A stretch of DNA of 64,000 nt from Trichosphaerium sp. ATCC 40318 (GCA_038496445.1 JALMLS010000081.1:142214-206213); one strand, 5' to 3'. Shown: positions 38,895-53,333, counted from the stretch's first letter. Notes: generated by a model from the letters alone, not told the origin. Translations and numbers: made by a program.

Positions 38895-41601
38895 TTACAC
38901 GGAATGAACAAACATCTTAAACTGATATACACCTGTTGCGCTATAGGTTCCATAGCTAAACATAAGGCGTTGAGAATAAGTCCATCCACTGCTTAGTATA
39001 TGTGCTCTTCCTTTTTGGCAAACACTACTAGCGTTTGGAATACGCTCAGGGATAAAGTTGACATTGGGTCCAGAACGCTAAAAGCAACATGAGAAGATGG
39101 CTTGTATCTCCAATACGTATGTAAAACAATGACGTACTTGTATCACTAGCCGTCTGTTTCCAGCACCTGTAAAGCAATTAGGGCTATATGGTACATAAAC
39201 ATCAGCATAAGCTCCGCTTATTGTCTTCAAAGTAACAATCCATTCTAAAAGTTGTTAATTTTATATGTTGACTACCAAAAAGGGTACCTGTGTTTGAGCT
39301 TTGGACGACGTTTGTCAATACAAATTGACTTGCAGATACTGGCGCAATGTTAGGGTACGGATTTGAGGCTGGAGAATGGTAAGATCCCAAGTCATGAACT
39401 GGACCAATGTTCGCTGGCCTAAAGGTAAAGTTAGCATGTGTTGGTGAAATAGACCTGTACGATTTTAGTGTCAGCCAATCTCGGAATGGTCGTTGTGTTC
39501 CACCATGATTAGGGTTGTAAAGACCATAGGTCATCTGTATCATGACAATGTCATTGTCTTTCAACTGGATAGGGTTTGGTAGATCCATACGCAGTTCGTA
39601 GTAGCATTTACCCAAATAGGTAATTGCGCACGGTGGAGGTGTTGTAGGAGGTACAGTTGTGGGCGGAAGAGTGGGTGCAACAGTGGTAGGCGCTACAGTT
39701 GTCGGTGGAAGTGTTGTCGGTGGTAATGTTGTTGGTTGCAGAGTAGTTGGAGGTGAGGTAGTTGGTGGCAACGTTGTTGGTTGAAGTGTTGTTGGAGACG
39801 GAGTTGGAGGTGCTGTTGTTGGCGGGGATGTTGGCACTATAGGAGCTGCTGTTGTGGGTACCACAGTTGGTGCCGGAGTAGGACATTGTGACTTGGAGTA
39901 AAAGAGTCTGTCTTCTGGGATAACTTGACGACCTGCTCGTGGTACATACCACTCAAGTTTAATATTACCATCACCTTCGTGGTCGTAGTATTCAACAGTA
40001 ATTGGATAGTGCAAGTCTTTTACCAGGTGATATCCAAAGTACTTCATGCCAGTTGCCCCAGATCCCCATCTTACAAAAAATATCAGTAAGAGATCGCAAT
40101 AGATTATGACAAATCGTACTCAATAATCTTCGATCTGGTTGCAAAGTATAGCCTCACACCATCGTCTGCGTTGACAACAAAATAAAATGTTCCTGTAACT
40201 GGTGCTTTGACATATCCCTTAAGGGTACATCAGATGTCTTCACAAACATGGATAATGTACACGTACAGTCCATCGAACAGATATCTTACTTGAGGGAAGA
40301 TCCTGAGGAGTGCCAGCCGACCAATCGATATTTACAGTAGGATCAGCTTGAGGTTTAAGAATATTTTCAAACGCTGATTGAGTAGGTATGTGTGGGTTTC
40401 CAGTATACTCAAAGTACTCTGCTAAGAGACCTTTTCTATGATATCCTCCGTTGCAAACTAAACTGCTATTAATATGAATGCTTTATAATAGGCAAGGATG
40501 GATACCTGAAGGTGTTGGTCGGCACTTTCTTACTGAGAAACCAAACATTCCTGTACTTCCAAACATGTTCGCTGAACATCCTCTTGTAGGATACTGCTCA
40601 CGAAAAGCTGTTTCCATCCAAGACTGACCTATAGTATCACGTTAGCACAATTTATTTCAGGTGGTAAGTACGTACCGTTGCAGTGATTGTTAGGGCAGTC
40701 AGCGCAAATGCCACCAAAAGCAGTTTCTGTATATCCTATAATAATCAAGTTAGCTAAACATAAAAGTACGGTAAACTCTCTAACTCACCAGTGGGACACT
40801 CTGGAGGCCAGCCAACATCGGAGCAATAATGGAGTCTACATTGACCATATCTAGCAAAGCCTATTTGGAACACAGCATCTAAAAAACTCTATAATTAGCC
40901 GAAACATAAACTGTAAAGTAAAAAGTGAATACCATAGCATAGCGCATTGTCTGACCAAAAAGTGCCTTCTTCAGGCGTAGCATCCCAAGATACACAAGTC
41001 CAATCTACAAAACAGTAAACGCGATGATACAAGCACGTGCTGTACCTGCAGGGTGGGTAGCGTCATTGACAAATTTGAAGTTCATATCAATTGATGTTTC
41101 CCAACACAAAAAGTTGTTTTGCCACGAATCCGGGTCTAGTGGCTCATACAACCTTTCACACGATTTACCAGAAACTGGACCTTGCGTGCTGAACTCAAAG
41201 GCACCTAAATATACAATCAGGCTACATTTATAGTGCAAAGTGAAGGACGTACTTGCGTCGCCTGTGTGTTCAGTCCAACACCAATAATTGTCACTCCAGG
41301 AAGTTGCGGGAGGTTCGTTTGGATCGTCCAATGATAAACAGTGCATGTTGGCCACAGGTCCGCTTGTAGAGAACGCATACATCGGATTACTACCAAGAGC
41401 TTCAGAGTTCCGCTTTACAATAGTAGACGAACTCGTTTGTAGAGCACCTTGAGTTGTGTTAGTAAAGTACTTATGTTGCTTTCGTGAGGGCCTACATGAA
41501 GTAGTTGTAACCAAAATTGCAAAGAGAAAAAGGTAAGGCTACGAAGGATTTAGTTGTTGGGTATTTGTTACTAGTAGTAGCATGTTTACGTAAGTTGCCA
41601 T
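38895..41601 (-). CDS. Secreted PA14-domain protein with N-terminal Cys/Trp repeats and a Pro/Thr linker
   Basis: GLLAEYF...SVRWTGYVKAPVTGTFYFVVNADDGVRL...YPITVEYYDHEGDGNIKLEW...IPEDRLF (PA14); PTTLPPTT repeats; WSDNYWC and WQNNFLC repeats. Confidence 0.85.
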
Positions 41602-43628
41602 CTCTTTGAAAATCACAGGTTTAATGAAAAAGTCAAGTAGTACTGTAAAGTGAACGCAAGTCGTAAACTGTTCTTTGAAGCAAACACAAAAAATGCAAGC
41701 AAGAAACCCTACAGCGTTGTGTTCATTCTATTGCCAAACTGTGCTAGTATAGGCTATAGGTGTTAGACTTTGAGGCTTTGAAGTCCGCGTAGAATTAGTA
41801 GAAAATTGAAGATTTTTCATGTTCTTTTTATGTTGTAATGAAAAACGTCACACTTGGAGCTTCCTTTTTCGTTTATCGCAAGCTCGTGATTTATTACTAA
41901 TGTGTTTATTGTCTGTCACCGTTTTTAAAGAAAACACAAAAAACTAAAACAAGCTACAACGTTTCATGGCTCACGTGATTTTCAGCGCATAAATTAGTTC
42001 TATGAATTCATATTAACGACTTATCGTTAACAAATACTATCTACATAGCACAAACAGCTAGGAAAAGACATCAAAGAGAAAACATAACCAATTTGAAAAG
42101 TATTCAGAGAAACTTGGTCATAGTAAACATTTGAACTGTATTTTGCGACTTCGAAAACAACATTGCACATGAGCAATAAAGGCTCGGTCTCCTGCCATGA
42201 TTTTCACAAAAGAGCCACGAAACAAAACCATTGAACCTTCAAATTTGTACATATGTATCTCCAGTTGTACTCTCGTTTTGTTGGTGACCAGTTGAACGCA
42301 ACACAAGAAAATAATAAGAGTGTACAAGTGCAAGCTATGTTGGTCTGCATCACGTTCGAACACTTTGTAAAAACTGTGCTATCAATTTGCTAGCCCCGTC
42401 CGGCGACTGAGGACTCAATTTGTTGATGGTGTAGGGAGAAAAAGCACTTCCATCACACTTCCTTTACATTTCCAGATTTTACCCACTCCCTTAGAATCCA
42501 GTTACACCTCTTGCGGCGAAAATGTCTAATATAGTAAACGACTTGTTTTTTATTTTGTGAGAAAAAATATCCATTGTAAATTTTATGAAACCTTCCATCA
42601 TTGATTGCTAACTTATCTTTTGCTGGTTGACCATTAAAGAAAATCTATCTACTGCTCCAACTTGATAATCATTTACGACTGTCATCGACATTACCGCTCC
42701 AAGCAGAAGTTGTAGTATCTGTATAAATGTATCGGTATTTAATCTGACCGTCTGTACCGTCATGTGCCAGTTCCAGTTTGAGTCATAATAAACGTGTCCA
42801 CTGTGTCTGCATTGGTGGTAATGCTTTTGCAAGTGTATCAGTGTTCGCAATTACACCTTGCATAAGAGCACAGTCTTTCATCATAAAGAACCTCAAATAG
42901 AGTCATACGAGCTTGAATAGAAATGCCAGCGATGAAATCAAAAGTAGGGGTTGTTGCATAGTTATGTAATGTTGGTAGCTTAGTTTCTTTTTGGTTTTTT
43001 TTCAAAGTTGTTTTTAAAGGTCAAAACAACGTGATTTCAAATAACATTTTGTGGCTTTTTTGCTATTTTGTTTGTCACCTTTTTGACAAATTGGTATTGT
43101 TAGCAAGACAACGGTGTAGGAAATATGAGTAAATTAACGTGAGAAGACAACATTAGTTCAAAAAAAACACAAAGTGCAAACATTCAGTGATTGGTTTGCA
43201 AGTGTCGTTAAAAGCAGGTATGTGTTCAAAACCGCTTTTAGAAAATGTTGTTAAAAATCATTACCCTGCATTGAGTGGTTCTATGCTCTGTAGCACGGTT
43301 TTCTGACAAGAAAAACCATCCAATTTTTGTGATATTTTTTTAAATTTCAACAGGTTGCGTCTCACATAGTTAGCTTGTTGTTAATCAAAATATATCACTA
43401 TCGCAAATTGACTATTTCAAATTACTCATACACCTAGAAGAGGTTTTTCTCTGTAGCTACAATACGAACTCTTGCAATGAAGGGACGGTGCTGCTAAAAT
43501 CCCAAACTAGTTCCAATAGAACTCAGAGCAAGTACTACACAAACTATTCTGGCTTGCTTGTACTCAACATCAGATTTCGTGTTAGTTAGTTCAGCAAGCG
43601 TCAAAGAAAATTTAATCTAATATTATAT

Positions 43629-45441
43629 TTACAAGTCTTGTTGTTTTATTTCTGTATCTTTCTTTTTTTTCCTCGTTTCTATATTCACCTTTTCAAGAGG
43701 TACTGTATCACTCTTAGGTTTTCTCCTTATAGCTGTTATTTGTGTTATATCAGCCGCAATTATGCATATCCAAAGACACGACCATACAAAGAACCATCCC
43801 GCCGGGTATCGAAAAAATGGAGCTGCTCCCATAAGAGATATAATCATAGCGAGAATAGAAAAAACAGCGCTGAACATTAATTGAGAAGTGATCTAAAACA
43901 AAAACAATAGTTTAGTTAGATGACTTTCAAAGGAAAATTTTTTCTGACCTGTTTAATTTTGAGGACCTCTGGAGTCTTATGTGTAACTTTATATAGCGCA
44001 ATCAGTACTCTTGTACCATTAAACAATAAATAGGATACTACACATGTAGTGGCAATAAGGTAGAGAGCAAGAGCTGCTTGATAGACGTAATTTGCGTATC
44101 CGAAAGCCAAAACGAAAGCAATACTAAAATCGACTAGAATGATTATAAATATGACTGATACGCATGGTATCAAGAATTTGTGAACATTATGTCTTGTGTG
44201 TTGCCTAAGTTCTTTTACATTATGAAGCATCTCGTGCCTACACATGGGTTAACATTGTAAAAACAAAAACCCTATTTTCTTATTTTTTTCTTACCAGTAA
44301 AACGCAATGATTACTGACGTTGCTAGTGATAGTGATGGTAATACTGTTATAGCGAAGTCGTGCAAAGCTTTTGGGAATATTCTCCGCGAATAAATTGGAT
44401 CGATTATAATATACAGTGCCCGTACTATATTCAAAGTCAACAAACTTAAACAAAAAAATACGCCATGGGCCAAAGTGCGTACATGTGTTTGCAAAAATTT
44501 CTATGATGAGGCATGTGTGAGAAAGAGAGAATTTAAGCCCATTTCTTTTAGTAATTATACGAAGCTTGTGACATGCAATAAAAACAGCAGCAACTGCCAA
44601 GGTACCAGCTATAACCGAAAAGTAATACTGCAAACGAATAAGAAAAATACAGCGTAAAACAGCGAAAAAACGTAAAACAGCGAAAAAACGTACAAACCCA
44701 AACTCGTTTATGCCTGACCATGGGTTGCTGTCTATTTATTCTTAACGGATTGGTATCACAAATTCTATTAGAACGTACCAGTACGATGCAAGGTGACCAT
44801 GAACGAAGGGTATGTGCCATTCTTGGGTGTATTCAAAACTTTCAAAATTTGAGCCAAGTCATCTCCTGCTTCCACTGTTGGTATCGCTGTAAGCTCAGGA
44901 GCTTGATTTTTATTGATTCTAAGGTAAGACAAACCCCCTGCCACCTCTTTACGAAAAAAAACCCGTTAAAATCTGACAGTTGTGCACTAAAAACCTAGCA
45001 CACGTGCTTGAAAATGTTTCAGATATTACAAGAGCTAAAGCTCCTTTATCAATTGCTTCAGCGACGAGATAACCCCAGTCATATGTGCCTGTTGTGATGT
45101 ACACTATATTTCCTGAAACGTTAGGACTGACTAAGGAAACAATGGTCCCTAAAGAACAGTTACATTGCATGAAAAGTGAGCGGATAAATAAACTCGCCGT
45201 CGTGAAAACAATATTACCTTGAATTGATGGCGTCCTCCACGCGTCCTTTGATATCCATCCGACGTCTGGTGTATTAAATGAACCTGCTCTATGCGTTGGC
45301 AATCAAAAGGGGGTAAAACAAATAGCTACAGGAAGTATATATAAACTTACGAGTATACGAGGAGTTTGTATTTAGTTCTAGTGCGCACACAGGACCGCTC
45401 ATGGTAAAAAATAATGCCAAAAGAAATCGTTTCATCAACAT
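43629..45441 (-). CDS. Signal peptide plus PA-like ectodomain plus multi-pass (about 7TM) membrane protein
   Basis: MKRFLLALFF signal; AIDKGALALVISE (PA-like); DSNPW junction; several TM exons (IIDPIYSRRIFP...SVIIAFYW). Confidence 0.65.
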
Positions 45442-45841
45442 CGAAATAGGGAAATGTGCTGCTCACGTGAGTAATCACGTGCCGCTTTATGAGGTTTTTA
45501 ATATAGGCCCTCTTCGACGCGCTATTAGCCGCTTGATGTGATTTCTTCGACGACGAGAGTGATCAAATAGAAGCGAAATATCGTCAGGTATTGTTACGAT
45601 CGGAATTTGTTCAGTATTTGAAATTCTTAGGTTGTGTTTTTTTATCGCGACGTACTCCCTTTTTTTTTTTATTTTGATTCTTACTAAAACTAGATTATAT
45701 TATCACGTGACGACTCATCATCCAAGCATAGCTTGGTATAAATAAACGTGAAACCAAATTAGAAATTATTTAAAAGGTTTTTTTTTGCGTCATCTGTTGG
45801 CAATAAAAGTAATGTCACGTGACAACATAAGGGGTCATAAA

Positions 45842-48800
45842 TTACGAAATTACAATTTGTTTATTTTTGTTTGTATTAGGCTCATGGTCAGTTAAATTCA
45901 CGTGTGGTGGCGATATAACAAGAGACTGTTGTTTCGATCGAGCCATGATAAACTAATTGAAAAAAAGCTTTAGTCTTTGTTCTTTTGGCAAGAAAAAAAC
46001 GCACATTTTGGAACACTGACACGTAGTTATCCTGTACCACACTTGGCGCTGAATTTCCGTTTTTAACTTTGACGTTAATAGTGCCTCCCACTAATAACAT
46101 GTTAAATGAAGATAACATTTTGATGTCCTTACCTAGATCAGCCGAGCAATTACAAGACTGTAAACCAGCACAAGGTTCGCTCCACTGACTGTTAGATTTG
46201 CACTTGGCTATAAAAAGTAAGTTCGCTTATCACTGCTGTTCCTTTATCGTCACATACCATGTACGCCAGGAGAATAAACCGATGATATATTGTACTGTTG
46301 ATAGAATCCTACGTAATCAACTAGACCTCAGTTAAATATCACAAAATAAAACTCTGCAGGTACTAACCGATTGCAAAAGCATATTGCTCGTTATAAACAA
46401 ATGAACCGTCTCCTTTATAATCAATAGTAACACTGATAAAAGCCATATCACCAGAAGGTTTAGCTGGTGGCTTCAAATGCATTGTCACCTATACAATTAA
46501 TGTCAATTCACATGTTTGGCTGTTGTAATAAGGCTTACGTATAAGTTCCACAAAACCCACGTGTCATTAAAACCATCCAATAGTGTACCCCATAATGGTT
46601 CTGATTCCCTAAGAAAACGAAGAGTCAACCTTAATTTGGGAGTTGTGAGGTAAAGTACCATTGAAGGTATTTTGTTTGAGAAAAATTGGCAGAATTTTTG
46701 TTAGGCATGGAAAGGATTACAGGATCACGTGCTGTAAACGGTGGTACTAAAGCCTACAACCGACAATTTAGTTAAGTTCACAAAAAGTCAACAAATACCG
46801 CACCATACCACCTATACGATCACCATATGTAGCATTCCCATCAGGATAACTAAACATGTGTAAGCCAACAATTTTTTTAATACATCTTGTTCGGTTCTTG
46901 AACGGCGTACATGACGTTTGGTATAACAATAGGAGGAAGAGGTTTTCTTGGTGTACACTGTCCGTCTTTACTAGCACGAAAGGCTGCAAAGGCTAGGAAT
47001 GCAGCTTCTGAAGAACCCATTTGATCAGCTCTAAAGTTGTATCCTTTTTCACAAAAAGCGGGTTCAGTCTACAACACAAACAAACGAAACGAGAAATTGT
47101 TGGAATGTACCTGTCCAGTTTACATTCTTTTGTAGGCAGTCAAAAGATGATTCTTTATCGTTCAATGCCATTGCAGCAAAAGCATACGATGCCCAGTTCT
47201 TGAAATCAGGAAAAACTTTAAGACCACACATTTCGATGACAGGTCCGCGCCATGCACTTACGTTGAAGTATGGTGCGTTAGCTTTATTATTTGGTATGTC
47301 TTGCATCTTTTTAATAGCTTTCAAGCTCGTAGACACCCTAAAAGAATAATCAGAAAGCGTTGCTTGTATACCGGTATAATATCTACGAACCAATCTCCAG
47401 AAATGAGCTTAAACAAAATTATTAGTTTTTCTACCTTTGACATTATGTACGTACCACGTGCTCTGTAATAGGCGTCACGGGTGTTACCTATATACATTAA
47501 ATACCATATAAGTCGTTAAGGCAAAAATAAGTCGCACTTGAATGCCAAAGAGAGTTGTCACTGAGTCTTGAAGATAGTTAGCATTTTTCCACTTTTTTTT
47601 TCAATATTCTCTTAAGAGACTGCACCTGCGAAATACGTTGTAAATGTCATTCCTACTTCTTTGGCGACCCCAAATATTGTCATATTAGAATACAAAGAAG
47701 GGAAAATATTCTTCTCTGGTGTAGTACGGATATAGTACTGAATCTGGAAAATAATAAGAAAATCACAACAAAAAAAACAAAAAAAGTCAAAGTTCCTCGT
47801 GCCCCAGTCAATTCATGAGTCAACAACTAAAAGACATCAGCGTTAGATACAAATACTCATGTATGGTATGCTTACCATCCTGCCAATATTATACAACCTT
47901 GTACCAAGTTTCTTGTCTGGAATGACTTTGCCAAGCAAAGCAAGACTGTACCAAGCGTTTGCTGCTTCAGAATTACCACCGCCGTTATCTTTACCTTCCT
48001 GTCTAAACACGGTTAATATTTATATCTACTATGGTATGAAGCTGTACTGGTTTTGGAGGCCCCTTGCAAAACTGTAGGAGTACCAAAAATCCATATGCCT
48101 AAAATCAGGAAAGTATTTATCTGAAGGCGATGGATTCGCTATATCCCGAACTAAGTCCATAATCTAAATATAAATGGGTTATTTAATGTCTAAAAGAATG
48201 GGTGGTTGTACCTTAGCAAGGTTATCTTTACACCAATTTGGATCATAGCTGGACCAAGTCAGCGAAGTACAAAAAAAACGAAACAAAATCGCCGCACCGG
48301 CACACTACTGCATAGGCGTATATGATATAGCCGTAAGCAAAACTATAGTAAAAGGTTAAATTGGATGCAAGGTTATTAATATAATTGGTATTCGTACTGG
48401 TGGTCTCCCATGTAACCTATCACAAAAGTAAGTTGGTTTTAAACGATACAAAAAAAAAGATATTACCATTTCCGAAAAGAAGACGTGAAGAGTTTTGCGT
48501 TGCCTTTAGGTGTGTGAGTATTGCTTAATATATTTTCAATCATTTAAGCTTATACTTACCAACTCTATGACTCCTCCAAATAGTGTATCATAGAATCTAA
48601 GCCAACCTTAGTCGAGACATGTTTTTTTTTTTCAAAACCATACTACTTTTGAAAAAAGCTCGTACAAGTTAAACTCTGTGCATATCTACTAGTATGTTAA
48701 GAACAATAAATACTGATTACCAAGTACTTGATTAGTTCCTGATAGTATATTATCCATGTGCGTTTCAAGCTGTGAAAGCGGCTAAAAACCGAGTTAAGTC

Positions 48801-51618
48801 AACACCGTGTTATTGTTGAAATTGTGTGCCTTAAACGGGAATTGAGTGCCATTATGGAAGCTTGCAGGAGGGCTGACATCATTCACCCAATACTAAAGGT
48901 ACTGTAAGAGAGCTTCAAAAACATAAATGCTTACTTCAGTTTCACCAAGACGCTCTGCGATAAGTAGACTTCTTGCTACTTTAGCTACCTCAAAAAACAA
49001 AATTTAGTACGTTCAAAAAACTAGTATTCCATCTAACAACCACCCAATAAAAAAGTAATTTGAGAGCACGTGACTGATGGGAATTACTCCAACATTGCAC
49101 CACAGGCGTACCTTCCTTCCATAATCGTACCTAAAAACACAAGGTTATCTCAGTGAGAAGAGTCTCAAAACAAACTTACACTTCACTCCCATAAATCCCT
49201 AAAGTTCTAGTTTAATCACGTGCGATAAACACATCTTCAAAGTACCTCCGAATAAACCAGGGATTAGCTTTTCATCTGAAACTTTGATAGCTTCGAAATC
49301 AGAATATAATGCTGTTCTAATACCCTCAACCATTGTATCGTTATCTGCTTCGCAAGGCATAAAAAAATCAACATCAACAAGATCTTGTTTCAAAGTCCAC
49401 GTGTTTGCCAGTACACATGTGAGATCGCCACGTATGGTCTTACTAAAAATAGATTAAAAAAACAAACAAAAGATTAACTTACTATGAAAGTGGTGTTGAT
49501 GTGTACGGCTTCTGAAGTGAATCCATATGATGTGGCATAGCACACATCAATGGAATACCGTTCGAATTTGTCGTAGTCCATGAAATGGATGTTACAAGTG
49601 ACTTATCATCATTTATTTGAGTGTTCAAATCTGCTCCAACGACAGTTATCTGATTGTCAACAAGCGTCTGTACGTTAGCATTAGAGAATAAGCATGCCAT
49701 TGTAATCTACCTGTATTCTACTGTCATACTCTTCTTGTGATATTATTCCATGGCTAACGAGGGCTCCTCTAAAGGAGTAAATTAAAATCAAGAACATCTC
49801 TAGTTTTTTGGTACTTTATTGTCCCAGTGAATAGTTTGTCGCTGAAAAAATGAGTCGCATTTTTTCTTACCCATGTCATTGGATGAGACGATGTTACTAC
49901 CCACGTCTATATTATTCTTCGTTAGCTTTGACTTAACGACTAGAAAAAAAAAAATCGTACTTGGTTAACATGAGTGTACTTCAACTTATCATCATCATTG
50001 TATGTTGAAGAAAACCATCTGCTTTCTGCAGTTGTTGGATACCGTTCATAAAACGAAAACGTCCAGCAATTCTCTGTTGCTAGAAATGCTTGAGAATGAA
50101 CTGAGGTATCCTTTAGGATCAGCATCGTACTTGTATTACATTCTGATAGTGAGATGTTGTATTTTGATCCGATTAGAGCTGTAAGTTTTGTGTATTGGTT
50201 CGTCACTTTTTTTTATGAGTTATCACGTGTTTAGGTAAATTCAAACTTACCAAAAGGCATCCCTCTTACTATTGATGACGTCATTGTTCCGTTTGATGAT
50301 GTTTCCCATAACCACGTTACATCAAGAGGTCCTATTCTTAGTTATACTAGCCATGATTTTGGTTTTCTCTTATTGTTTGTTTCTTTTTTGGGCTACGCTA
50401 GTACGCTATCGCGACATCGTTTTAAAGAGTTCGTACCTGATTGTTTGAGAACACTACGCTTTGGAAAATCTGTAAATAACGGCATGAAACCGATAACAAG
50501 TCTACCCTCTGTACACAAAAAAAAGTGAACAATTTAGTCATCTCTAAAATCAAAAAGTAAAAAACGTTGTCATTGTTAGTACCTCCCATGAAGGGTTGAG
50601 ACTGTCGTTTAAGTGTAGGAAAACTTGGATAATGAAAGCCAAACTAAAATAAACAAAACTTTAGGGAAATAGAAAACCTGGGAGTGAAAAACTCTTACGG
50701 GGTTATAATCCCAATAACCTGGACTACAAAAACAAGTTAACGAAGAAACAACATTATTGACGCATGAAATACGCATTCATGTATAAACTTAGCGTACTTT
50801 AGAACTGTGAGGATATCTTTATCTGCACTACAAAAAGGATTGTCACAAGTGGCACCCCATGCTTCATTTGAGTGTCAATCAGAAAGCTTAACAACAACTA
50901 AAATTTTTTACCTCCACAAGATTCATTTTGGTACTTGTTCCTATACATCATTTTAGCGTCTAAATACACTCAAATCACTATACGTACTCACAAGAGTACT
51001 GATTCTGTCTCAGTACTTCAAACTCTTCTTCATAGTAGACCCATATGCTTTTTTTAGTAAGCAATGACATTTTCTTAAGAACTTCGTTTTTTATCAAAAA
51101 AAGTTTTTCTCTTGACGCACTAAGAGTCTGCCAGAACGAGTATATAAGGTGTTGGATATATCATAAATGTTCTATATGTTGATAAAGGTATAGTCTCAAA
51201 ATAAGGAGGCATCGTTGAGGTAGAAGGCGCAAGAGGCAAAACCTTATTCGGTTTAAATAAATCTCATCAATAGTGGCTTATAGTTCGTACCGCGTTGACC
51301 CACCAACGGCTTGAAGGGTATGGTTTACCTTGAGAAATTTAGTGACATTTGTGTTATGACCTTTCACTAACCTATTTTACCCCAAACTGGTAAAGGCTTC
51401 AATAACTGGCGTAGGCAAGGCATAAGAAAGTCAAAAGAGAAATTCGGACGGAAATTTCTTCTGTCTTTCTTTCTTAAGATCATCAAAATGTACCTTGTTA
51501 TCTCTCGCCTCGATGCCGACACTAGGTTTGCATGGTACGCCCTCGTACTCTGAACCGCATAAAGGCCTTGTTTTATCAAGTTTCCACGTGATAGCGCTAA
51601 AAGCGCCACTAAAAACAT
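45842..51618 (-). CDS. Glycoside hydrolase family 81 (endo-beta-1,3-glucanase-like), highly fragmented into short exons, with C-terminal extension
   Basis: KPYPSSRWWVN, IVRGMPF, LMCAMPHH, YDTLFGGVI, DHHFAYGYIIYAYAV, LVRDIANP, RHMDFWYSYSFARG, SEAANAWY. Confidence 0.85.
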
Positions 51619-51914
51619 GTGAGAGTCACGTGATGACGGTTTTCGTGCCTGAAAAGACAAAAAACCGTTGTCACTCTTAGCAACAGTGTTATATCTATCA
51701 TTTTATAATATCAATGCATGCGAACGTTGTTATGCTTGTTAAGCGCTACTGGCTGAAAAAGGTGAAGAATGAAAATTCAAAACATTTCTACTCTGGTGCC
51801 TCTTCGTAAATAACGGCGCTTCAATTTGTCATACTGATTTTCACACAAGGTTTATACGCGATGTAGGGCTACAGACAGTTATTTTGGAGTCTCATTTTTT
51901 AGTGTCTTTTTTAC

Positions 51915-52414
51915 TTAGTTTACACCATTTTCTGGAAGTAACGATTCTCGTTCTTCTGACTGCATGTCTTCTGGCTTCTGCGCACACACGCAGCAACACA
52001 TTACACACCATATTATAACGGAAATCTCAATGACACCAGCAACGGCGCCTCCAATGATAGCGACGAGCGTCCAATCCGATAAAGGCTCTTTAGGAATCAT
52101 TAAAAAAAAAACAACCAAGAAATTTACAACAATCAACCAAAAAAAAGAGAAACCCTTTCACGCACGTGCATCGGCCTGCGTAGGCGAAAATGTTGGATAC
52201 AGTGTCGGTGAACCTACTGTCGGTGTAGTTGTAGAGTTAGATGTTGGAGCTGTACTATTCGACACAGGCGGTGGCGGTGCTAAGTATTTTAATGAGTATG
52301 ATCGACTTCTTAGTGTTTTAAAGGCGTACTGTTTCCTGTGCGATGCGCAACTGTTTGGATAGCTGCACATAACAATATTAATACTAACAGTGTTGGTTTA
52401 AGCGTAGTATACAT
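51915..52414 (-). CDS. Small single-pass membrane protein with S/T/P-rich ectodomain
   Basis: Signal peptide, PT-rich exon, TM LVAIIGGAVAGVIEISVIIW, Cys cluster, ERESLL dileucine-like tail. Confidence 0.65.
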
Positions 52415-52502
52415 GAAACTGTGCTGCGTCTAAACAAGTCAAACAGTAGTTTTTTTTTTTTTCTTCAAAAACAAAGCGCAAGAAGATGGTTGTTATACAA
52501 TT

Positions 52503-53333
52503 TTATTTACATTTAGATAGAGATATATGGTAATGACAGTGAACGTCAACATGTCCGTGCATATCCATTCTTTTAAACTCTCCTTGTATCCTACCACATA
52601 TCCAGTAACAAGTTATGTTTGATTGTCCATTAGAATGCCATGTTTCGTACTTATACTCTCTCTTTCCTTTTATATAATAGCAATCCTTCTCTAATTGTCC
52701 GTTGTGATACCATTCAAGGCACTTTCCGTCTAACAAGTCTTTTTTATAGAAACACTTTGTCTTTATCTTTCCGTTCTTGTGCCACTCTTCAAACAATCCA
52801 TCTCGTTTTCCTTTCTTATAAAAACAAGTCGCTTTCTTCATACCATTCGCTCTAAACTGCTTCGCTTCACCTTCCTTCAGTCCTTTCTTAAAAACGCAGT
52901 CGAGCTTCAATCTACCATCTGGACGCCAGTGCCTCGCCCTTCCTTCCTTGACACCTTTTCGAAAATAGCAGAGAAGTTTTAGTTGTCCGTTTTTGTGCCA
53001 CTCCTTGTACTTTCCTTCTCGCCTCAGCGTGTCAGTATCAATAAACCAAAGGCTTTTTATTTGGCCTCTTCGATAGTAAGTTCTATGTTCGCCGTCGCAT
53101 CTGTTCCAGATAGCATGAACGCTACCGCACTTGTAGAAGGTCTTCCAAGTACCTGCTGGTCTGAGCGACGTATCGTATCGCGTCATCATAGCAGCTTTCT
53201 TTGAAATTAGAGGCCATAGTTTATAGAGCTCTGTGTCGGTACTAGCGATACGTTGTTGAAGTTCTGGAGGCAAGGATACAAGCGCTAGTGGGAACGCTTT
53301 TGCCTTGTCTGTTGTGTGATATGTGCCATTCAA
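52503..53333 (-). CDS. Intronless F-box-like plus MORN-variant (YwqK-type) repeat protein; no in-frame ATG ahead of the F-box
   Basis: LVSLPPELQQRI; 24-aa repeats such as EGKYKEWHKNGQLKLLCYFRKG; TATA-like TATAAATA at about 53375-53382 on the minus strand. Confidence 0.8.
   Translation of the reverse strand: MNGTYHTTDKAKAFPLALVSLPPELQQRIASTDTELYKLWPLISKKAAMMTRYDTSLRPAGTWKTFYKCGSVHAIWNRCDGEHRTYYRRGQIKSLWFIDTDTLRREGKYKEWHKNGQLKLLCYFRKGVKEGRARHWRPDGRLKLDCVFKKGLKEGEAKQFRANGMKKATCFYKKGKRDGLFEEWHKNGKIKTKCFYKKDLLDGKCLEWYHNGQLEKDCYYIKGKREYKYETWHSNGQSNITCYWICGRIQGEFKRMDMHGHVDVHCHYHISLSKCK

Noticed and set aside
40490-40506. Possible U12-type intron (GTATCCAT donor)
   Set aside because: It does not match GTATCCTT and no CCTTAAC branch site was seen
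42100-42900. Coding-looking minus-strand segment with in-frame TGAs
   Set aside because: It also has TAG and TAA stops and frame changes, with no CxxU motif or SECIS seen; at best a decayed pseudogene
44652-44692. 18-bp tandem duplication (CGTAAAACAGCGAAAAAA)
   Set aside because: Only two copies, in an intron; ordinary slippage
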